A stretch of DNA of 12,398 nucleotides from Candidatus Glassbacteria bacterium. Its GTDB lineage: Bacteria; Gemmatimonadota; Glassbacteria; GWA2-58-10. The stretch covers positions 1-12,398 of the forward strand of contig JAFGTO010000244.1 in assembly GCA_016934095.1 (NCBI GenBank), given 5' to 3'. The position numbers and the translations under genes were made by a program. The notes beneath the pieces were generated by a model. The model was not told the origin of the DNA. It worked only from the letters and a program-made list of their open reading frames with translations, and ran no database searches. How positions within the stretch are numbered: the stretch's first letter is position 1; the number at the start of each line of letters is the position of its first letter. Shown here one piece after another: positions 7,041 to 12,398 of the stretch.

Positions 7041-7841
7041 ATGAGCGACATTCTGCGACGTTCACTGGCTCCGCTGACGGAAGCCGCCTGGAAGGAAATC
7101 GACAGGACGGCCTCGAACATCCTCAAAGCAAGCCTCACCGGGCGCAAGCTGGTTGACTGCGACGGGCCCCACGGCCTGGAGCTGGGTGCGGTGAACCTGG
7201 GCCGCCTGGCAATCCCCGAGAAACATAAGAGGGCGGGTGTAAGCTGGGGCGTGCGCGAGGTGCTGCCGCTGGTGGAGTTACGGGTACCCTTCCAGCTCGA
7301 CCAGATGGAGCTGGACTCGATCTCCAGGGGCTCGAAGGATGTCGACCTGGGTCCGCTGGAAAAAGCCGCCAGGGCAGTGGTCGATTTCGAGGAATCCGCA
7401 ATCTACAAAGGCTTTCCGGAGGCCAGGGTCCAGGGCATACTCAAAGCCGCAAAACACGCCCCGCTCAAGATCCCCGCCGCACGCGAAGACTGCCCCAAGG
7501 CCGTGGCCGAGGGGATCAAGCTGCTGTCCGAGGCGGGAATCGAGGGGCCTTACGCGCTGGTCCTCTGCCTGGAGTGCTACCATGAGCTGATCGCCACCGC
7601 CAAGGGATACCCTACTTTCCGGGTGGCGGAGCGCCTGGTGGAAGGCGGGATATTCTACAGCAGCGCCCTCAAGGGCGGCGTGCTGCTGTCCGTGCGCGGC
7701 GGAGATTTCGAGCTGACCCTGGGCCAGGATATCTCCATCGGCTTCTCGGGCTGCACCGCGGACAAAGTGGAGCTCTATTTTGCCGAGTCTTTCACTTTCC
7801 GCGTGCTGGAGCCGCTGGCCGCTGTCGAGCTGAAACCCTGA
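7041..7841 (+). CDS. Family 1 encapsulin nanocompartment shell protein (HK97 fold; Linocin_M18 family)
   Basis: RBS AAAGGAGAG at 7026-7034. Sequence is collinear with the T. maritima encapsulin: LRRSLAPLTEAAWKEID, GRKLVDCDGPHG, WGVREVLPLVELRVPFQL..ELD..RG..DVDLGPLE, GIEGPYALV, RGGDFELTLGQDISIGF, ESFTFRVLEP. The 266-aa length is typical. Confidence 0.9.
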   Translation: MSDILRRSLAPLTEAAWKEIDRTASNILKASLTGRKLVDCDGPHGLELGAVNLGRLAIPEKHKRAGVSWGVREVLPLVELRVPFQLDQMELDSISRGSKDVDLGPLEKAARAVVDFEESAIYKGFPEARVQGILKAAKHAPLKIPAAREDCPKAVAEGIKLLSEAGIEGPYALVLCLECYHELIATAKGYPTFRVAERLVEGGIFYSSALKGGVLLSVRGGDFELTLGQDISIGFSGCTADKVELYFAESFTFRVLEPLAAVELKP

Positions 7842-7899
7842 CCCCGCGGTATAATCAGGGAACGGGCGCCGGACGGACTTGGACCGTTTGTTTACCCGA

Positions 7900-7935
7900 G
7901 GGGCACATTTATGCATGTGCCCCATTTTATTCTCC
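7900..7935 (+). terminator. Rho-independent terminator after the encapsulin operon
   Basis: GGGGCACAT-TTATGC-ATGTGCCCC (9-bp stem, 6-nt loop) followed by ATTTTATTCT, about 60 bp after stop 7841. Confidence 0.6.
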
Positions 7936-8004
7936 TGATTGCCGTAAGCTGCCTGACAGTACTGATGCAGAAACCGCTGATATCAGCCAGGGTGCCGGGG
8001 TAAA

Positions 8005-8080
8005 ATCGTGTTACTTTTTCTAAATATTAACGTTAAAAAATACCGGGATTATCTGTCATTCCAGCCGGTATAAATTCATC
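8005..8080 (+). promoter_or_regulatory. AT-rich putative promoter region for the cytochrome operon
   Basis: TTACTT (8011-8016) is spaced 17 bp from TAAAAA (8034-8039). A strong -10-like GGTATAAAT sits at 8067-8075 with a poor -35. No TGGCAC-type sigma-54 element was seen here. The exact promoter is unresolved. Confidence 0.25.
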
Positions 8081-8111
8081 CAATTAAATCTTACCTGATG
8101 AAAGGGTTTAT

Positions 8112-9473
8112 ATGCGATCAGCCCGTAAAGTCTTAGCTGTCGTTGTCATTGGCACGGTTGTGGCGGGAGCGGGCTTACTGGCCCAGGTCAAGGCAGGCGA
8201 CGCCGCCCATGGCACCAGGCAGTACGACCAGTATAAAAAACCCAAGTTCTGCGGTACTTCCTGCCATACCGACTTCTATCGCCAGTGGCGCCAGGAGATG
8301 CACTCCCAGGCCTATGTCCACCACTGGGACGAGATCGAGTATTTCAAGCTGGCCGTGCCCCACGCGGAAAAAGACCCGGCCGTGGCCGGGGTCAGGGATG
8401 GCTGTAATGGCTGCCATGCGCCGGTGTCTTTCCTGGCGGGCGACACCCCTCCGCCCAGGCCCGAGGAAAACAGCCGGGCCAACGAAGCTGTCACCTGCGA
8501 CCTGTGCCATACTATCACCGGTTTCGAGTCAGACACTCCCCACAACTTCAACTATTATTCCGAGCCGGGGAACGTGAAATACGGGCCCAGGGGCGGGGTA
8601 ACCTCTCCTGAGCACGTGATCGAGGTCAGCAAGTTCCTGCCTTCCGCAGAGTTCTGCGGCACCTGCCATAACGAGAAAAGCCCTTACGGGGTATGGGTCA
8701 AATCGACCCACCTCGAGTGGAAGGAAGGGCCTTACGCAGCCGAGGGAGTCCCCTGCCACGACTGCCACATGCCAAGGGCCGAGGGCAGGAGGGCCTCGAT
8801 GGGTAAGGCCTACCCGGACATCCGTCAGCACCTGTTCCACGGCGCTCACGACAACGGCAAGATCAGGGGCACGGTGGAGCTGCGCATCCACCCGGATATC
8901 GATGAGACCGAGCCGGGCGAAAAAGTGGTCTTTACCGTGGTGCTCTTCAACCAGAAAGCCGGCCACAAGTTCCCCACCGGCTCGGTGGAGGACCGGATTG
9001 TCTGGCTGCATGTCGAGGCCACCGATGCCCAGGGCAAGGTCTATCACCTGCCGGTGGACCCCAAGGGTTTCGAGGGGGAAGAGTATACGATCGCCCGGGA
9101 CGTCCTGGCCTACCAGGACATGGGCATAGCGCTGAACGACCCCGGCTTCCAGGGCGTGCAGCGGGATGGGGTCCCGGTGGGAGACCGTATTTTCCGCATG
9201 CCCTATTTCGACCCCCAGGGCCGGATGACGATCCAGCAGTGGAACACCAAGAGCCTGGGTGTAGACTACCGGATACCCCCCAGGGGTACCAGGGTGGAGA
9301 CTTTCTCCTTCAGCCTGCCGTTCGAGGTCGCCCCGGGCAGGATGACTGTCGAAGCCACGCTCAACTACAGCAAGCTGGTCAAACCGGTGGCAGAGCTGCT
9401 CGAGGTGCCGCCGGATGAAACTGAAACAGTTGTGGTCAACGAGCATTCTACCGTAATCAACGTATTCGACTGA
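8112..9473 (+). CDS. Multiheme c-type cytochrome (five heme-binding motifs) with a C-terminal heme-free, probably beta-sandwich, domain
   Basis: Signal or anchor peptide MRSARKVLAVVVIGTVVAGAGLLAQVKA. Heme motifs CGTSCH (CX3CH), CNGCH, CDLCH, CGTCH and CHDCHMP. The GVPCHDCHMPRAEG segment resembles the NrfA-family CxDCHMP heme, but the family's distal heme is missing. The last about 200 aa are Cys-free. Confidence 0.85.
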   Translation: MRSARKVLAVVVIGTVVAGAGLLAQVKAGDAAHGTRQYDQYKKPKFCGTSCHTDFYRQWRQEMHSQAYVHHWDEIEYFKLAVPHAEKDPAVAGVRDGCNGCHAPVSFLAGDTPPPRPEENSRANEAVTCDLCHTITGFESDTPHNFNYYSEPGNVKYGPRGGVTSPEHVIEVSKFLPSAEFCGTCHNEKSPYGVWVKSTHLEWKEGPYAAEGVPCHDCHMPRAEGRRASMGKAYPDIRQHLFHGAHDNGKIRGTVELRIHPDIDETEPGEKVVFTVVLFNQKAGHKFPTGSVEDRIVWLHVEATDAQGKVYHLPVDPKGFEGEEYTIARDVLAYQDMGIALNDPGFQGVQRDGVPVGDRIFRMPYFDPQGRMTIQQWNTKSLGVDYRIPPRGTRVETFSFSLPFEVAPGRMTVEATLNYSKLVKPVAELLEVPPDETETVVVNEHSTVINVFD

Positions 9474-9483
9474 AGAAGGAAAA

Positions 9484-10665
9484 ATGAAAAAAAAGACGTT
9501 TTACACCCTGGTCTTTTCCCTGGCGGCCGCCGGTCTGTGTTCCATCTTTACGGCCGAGTCCGCCTATGCTGTCCCGGCTTTCGCCAGGAAATACCGGCTG
9601 AGCTGCAAGACCTGCCACCAGCCGATCCCCAGGCTGAAACCTTATGGGGATGAATTCGCCGGCAACGGTTTCGTGCTCACCGACCAGGAAGCGCCCAGGT
9701 ATTTTGTCGAGACCGGGGACGACGAGCTCTCGCTGATCCGGGATTTCCCCATCGCCGTGCGCCTGGAAGGGTTCATCAACTACAACGACGTGGCGGGAAA
9801 AAGGTCGGACTTCAACACTCCATACCTGTTGAAGCTGCTCTCCGGCGGGGCCCTGACCAAAAACATCGCCTATTACTTCTATTTCTACATGGATGAGAGA
9901 GGAGAGGTGGCCGGTGTCGAGGACGCCTATGTCATGTTCAACAACCTGCTGGGAGTCGACCTGGATATCTACGCAGGCCAGTTCCAGGTCTCCGACCCCC
10001 TGTTCAAGCGGGAGCTGCGCCTGACCCTGGAGGACTACCAGGCCTACAAGTCCACTCCGGGCCGCTCGGGGATAAACCTGACCTATGACAGGGGTATCAT
10101 GGTAACTTACGGGTTGCCCAGCGGCACCGACCTGATTTTCGAGGTGGTCAACGGCAACGGCTTGAGCGAGGCGGACGAGGACAAGAACTTCGACTCCGAC
10201 AGGTACAAGAATTTCATGGGACGCATCTCCCAGGATGTCGGTAAATACCTGCGCCTGGGTGTGTTCGGCTACACCGGCCGGGAAAAGAGCGCCGGCCGGC
10301 TGAACCAGGCCTGGCTGGCCGGTCCCGACCTGACAGTGTCAATCAACGAAAAGTTCGAGCTGAACCTGCAGTATGTCGAGAGAAGGGACACCAACCCTTA
10401 TTTCCTCAGCTCCGGCTACCGGGACCTCAAGACCAGGGGCGCGCTCGGCGAGATGGTGATCGCCCCCCGGGGCAGCGACGGCAAGGTCTACCTGGTGGGG
10501 CTGTTCAACTGGACAGACTCGGACGACAATTCGGAGGATTTCAAGAGCCTGACCGGTCATCTCAGCTACCTGCTGCGCAGGAACATCCGTCTGGTCGGCG
10601 AGGTAACCCACAACTGGGCCAATGATACCAACCGCCTCGGCGTGGGTTTTGTCTCGGCGTTCTAG
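9484..10665 (+). CDS. cyc2: Cyc2-like fused monoheme cytochrome c-porin (outer membrane; candidate Fe(II) oxidase or extracellular electron conduit)
   Basis: RBS GAAGGAAAA, start 11 nt after the cytochrome stop. Signal peptide MKKKTFYTLVFSLAAAGLCSIFTAESAYA|VP. A single CKTCH heme motif lies within 15 residues of the mature N-terminus inside PAFARKYRLSCKTCHQP, which matches the conserved N-terminal cytochrome module of Cyc2. The remaining about 340 aa are rich in Tyr/Gly/Asn beta-strand patterning and end GVGFVSAF (terminal Phe), consistent with a porin barrel. The family assignment is from memory, not from a search. Confidence 0.6.
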   Translation: MKKKTFYTLVFSLAAAGLCSIFTAESAYAVPAFARKYRLSCKTCHQPIPRLKPYGDEFAGNGFVLTDQEAPRYFVETGDDELSLIRDFPIAVRLEGFINYNDVAGKRSDFNTPYLLKLLSGGALTKNIAYYFYFYMDERGEVAGVEDAYVMFNNLLGVDLDIYAGQFQVSDPLFKRELRLTLEDYQAYKSTPGRSGINLTYDRGIMVTYGLPSGTDLIFEVVNGNGLSEADEDKNFDSDRYKNFMGRISQDVGKYLRLGVFGYTGREKSAGRLNQAWLAGPDLTVSINEKFELNLQYVERRDTNPYFLSSGYRDLKTRGALGEMVIAPRGSDGKVYLVGLFNWTDSDDNSEDFKSLTGHLSYLLRRNIRLVGEVTHNWANDTNRLGVGFVSAF

Positions 10666-10701
10666 CTGTCTTTGCTCGGGATTTCACCATAGAGCCGGAT
10701 A

Positions 10702-10730
10702 GGGGGGACCTTCCAAGGCCCCCCTTTTTT
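10702..10730 (+). terminator. Rho-independent terminator after the cytochrome/porin pair
   Basis: GGGGGGACC-TTCCAA-GGCCCCCC followed by TTTTTT, about 35 bp after stop 10665. Flanking CCGGAT/ATCCGG could extend the stem. Confidence 0.75.
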
Positions 10731-10943
10731 ATCCGGTATACCGACTCCCCGGTTTTAGCTGAATCGGCCAGCGAGCGCATTCCCCGCAGCTCGCTGCCGG
10801 GAGTCTTCAATCAGCACAATCAGGAACAGACCCCGGTCCGGCTCATGCTCCCCGGCTGCGAGTTGTTAATAAGGTCGCACGCTTGGTGCAACTGATTATT
10901 AGCTGATCACAGGGCTATTATTACACCCTCCGCACCATAAACT

Positions 10944-10974
10944 TGTTGTCTTTTAGCGAATCCTGTGATAAAAT
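10944..10974 (+). promoter_or_regulatory. Possible sigma-70 promoter for the DUF4234-like gene
   Basis: TTGTTG (10944-10949), then an 18-bp spacer, then an extended -10-like TGTGATAAAAT (10964-10974). It lies about 90 bp upstream of ATG 11064 in an AT-rich spacer. Confidence 0.3.
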
Positions 10975-11063
10975 ATTAATACGGCGCCCGCCGTGCCGCT
11001 TGCTCGTATCAACAGATCCCTTTTTCCCGCAGTATTCTTCCCTCTGCCCCAAGGAGGCCCCGG

Positions 11064-11546
11064 ATGGACGAACAGCCACAAGCCGAATCATTGGGAAAGG
11101 TCCGCAATCCTGTGGTCATGGTACTCCTGTTGATCATCACCATAAATATTTACTGGGTTGTCTGGCTGTACAAGATATATTCCGAGATTCGCAGGCGGTC
11201 CACCGATGTTACCGGTGTAACCCCGGGTAAAGCCGCCGGTTTTATCTTCATCCCGGTATTCAATATCTTCTGGGCGTTCTATATCATCGTGGATTTCCCC
11301 CGCGCCATCCGCCGTCTCCAGGAGGCCGACCCGCCCACCGGGAATCTCCTGAACAACTCTCTGGTAGTGATCCTGCTGATCGTGGGCTTGCTGATCAACA
11401 TTATTATTGCCCAATTCCAGCCTGCTTTCCTGCTGCTGGGCGAAATACTGCTGATTGCAGGTCTGCTGATGTCGCAAGAGGCCCTGAACGGCCATTGGCG
11501 GGCACATCAAGCCGCAGCGGGCGGGCCGGCGCCGGAGCAATCCTGA
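11064..11546 (+). CDS. Small polytopic membrane protein, DUF4234-like, with an internal duplication
   Basis: Strong RBS AAGGAGG at 11051-11057. Two homologous halves, NPVVMVLLLIITINIYWVVWLYKIYSEIRR and AAGFIFIPVFNIFWAFYIIVDFPRAIRR, each with an IY/IF-W-x-x-Y motif as in DUF4234-family proteins. Two further hydrophobic helices follow. Codon usage is markedly AT-richer than neighbouring genes. Confidence 0.65.
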   Translation: MDEQPQAESLGKVRNPVVMVLLLIITINIYWVVWLYKIYSEIRRRSTDVTGVTPGKAAGFIFIPVFNIFWAFYIIVDFPRAIRRLQEADPPTGNLLNNSLVVILLIVGLLINIIIAQFQPAFLLLGEILLIAGLLMSQEALNGHWRAHQAAAGGPAPEQS

Positions 11547-11851
11547 GCAGTCGCGGTCGAAGCGGGCACCAGGCTTAATTCGGGCTCATGTCCGGACCCG
11601 GACAGGCACGCCCTGAGAAAACTTTTTCATAAGACGGTAACCTTGCAGCCGGCAACAACGTTAAACGTTCGACAGTGTTCAAAATGACCTGTCTTGTTCC
11701 CTGCTTCAATGAGCATAAGACAGCCGTCCGGAAATAAATTACTGGTTTTTCCCGGCCTGCCAGCGGTATGCCGCCAGTCCCGCTTACCCCACAGGCAGGC
11801 CGCCTCCAACTGACAACGTGCATTACCGCACTTCCCGAGCTTGCAGACAAG

Positions 11852-12398
11852 ATGACCCGGCTTACCCTGCGCATACCGGCGTTTTTGCTGCTGTTGCTGA
11901 CCGCTTTTCCCGGCATTGGCGAGCTTTCGGGGAAGGTGTTTTTCAGCGGCAGCTCCCAGTCTCTTTTCTACTACCTGGAAAACTACCCCGGCAGCGGCGG
12001 CCAGGGCTCGGTCTGCAATTTCAGGTCCTACGAGTCGGTGAGGATGAAGCTGGTCGGCAGGGGCAGCAAGAACAGCCTGGGTTTCCATACTTTTTTTCGC
12101 ACCAGCCAGGATCTGAATGTCGATTACGAAGAGGACCCGCTGCACCGCCTCTACAACGGCTACCTGGAGTGGATACACGGCCGCTTCAGCGCCGCCGCGG
12201 GCCGCCAGTGGCTGCACCTGGGAGTGGGGAGCCTCACCCTGGACGGGGCGAAAGTGAGCTATACGGACCCGCGCTATCTCGAGGTTACCGGCTACCTGGG
12301 CACGGAGAGTCCCTACACCCGACATTTCAGCCTCAGCGGTTGGGACAGGGCCAGGGCCGGGGGAGTCTACCTGAGCAGCAAAGCGCTCAAGCCGCTCA
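11852..12398 (+). CDS. Secreted protein of unknown function, 3' partial (runs off the window); possibly an outer-membrane beta-barrel
   Basis: Open + frame with strong GC3 bias. It is not in the ORF track because it has no stop in the window. Signal peptide MTRLTLRIPAFLLLLLTAFPGIGELSG. Tyr/Gly/Ser-rich alternating pattern (FFSGSSQSLFYYLENYPGSGG...). An alternative in-frame ATG at 11768 gives a poorer signal peptide. It overlaps and is preferred over the antisense track ORF 11627-12325. Confidence 0.55.
   Translation, partial: MTRLTLRIPAFLLLLLTAFPGIGELSGKVFFSGSSQSLFYYLENYPGSGGQGSVCNFRSYESVRMKLVGRGSKNSLGFHTFFRTSQDLNVDYEEDPLHRLYNGYLEWIHGRFSAAAGRQWLHLGVGSLTLDGAKVSYTDPRYLEVTGYLGTESPYTRHFSLSGWDRARAGGVYLSSKALKPL

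Noticed and set aside
8529-9446. 305-aa minus-strand ORF antisense to the pentaheme cytochrome gene
   Set aside because: The + frame carries five heme-binding motifs. The minus frame has no features.
10769-10796. Inverted repeat CAGCGAGC-N12-GCTCGCTG downstream of the main terminator
   Set aside because: The stem is only 8 bp with a 12-nt loop, there is no U-tract and it has no obvious partner. It is probably incidental.
11768-11851. Upstream in-frame ATG (11768) for the last gene
   Set aside because: It would add 28 residues (MPPVPLTPQAGRLQLTTCITALPELADK) ahead of an otherwise canonical signal peptide. Start 11852 is preferred but unproven.
11547-11851. Possible tRNA or small RNA in the 300-bp spacer (GTTCGAC / GTTCAAA motifs, direct repeat CCGGAC-CCGGAC, palindromic AACGTT x2)
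   Set aside because: No cloverleaf could be assembled: there is no GG D-loop or T-stem pairing around the TTCGA-like motifs. It is treated as promoter/UTR sequence.
1-12398. CRISPR arrays, insertion sequences, integrase or toxin-antitoxin genes
   Set aside because: There are no spacer-interrupted direct repeats, no terminal inverted repeats flanking a transposase-like ORF, and no small paired ORFs. The only repeats are the in-frame coding repeat at 3720-4217 and short regulatory palindromes.

Overview
High-GC (roughly 60-65%) bacterial window with all credible genes on the + strand and AT-rich intergenic spacers. In order, it contains: (1) a two-component system, a 5'-truncated PAS/HisKA/HATPase sensor kinase translationally coupled (ATGA overlap) to an NtrC-family sigma-54-dependent response regulator. 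(2) An AT-rich spacer holding tandem palindromes (candidate enhancer sites) and a near-consensus sigma-54 -24/-12 promoter. (3) An operon of two secreted acidic proteins built from DxDxDG/thrombospondin-type-3-like Ca-binding loop repeats, the first with near-identical 135-138 bp tandem DNA repeats, plus a 421-aa outer-membrane beta-barrel. (4) A classic family-1 encapsulin iron-storage operon, an EncFtn cargo with a C-terminal GSLGIGSLR loading peptide followed by the shell protein. (5) A pentaheme c-type cytochrome immediately followed by a Cyc2-like fused monoheme cytochrome-porin, a candidate extracellular electron transfer or Fe(II) oxidation module. (6) A small DUF4234-like membrane protein and the 5' end of another secreted protein. 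No rRNA, tRNA, CRISPR or IS elements were recognised. The long minus-strand ORFs in the track are antisense shadows of the + strand genes.
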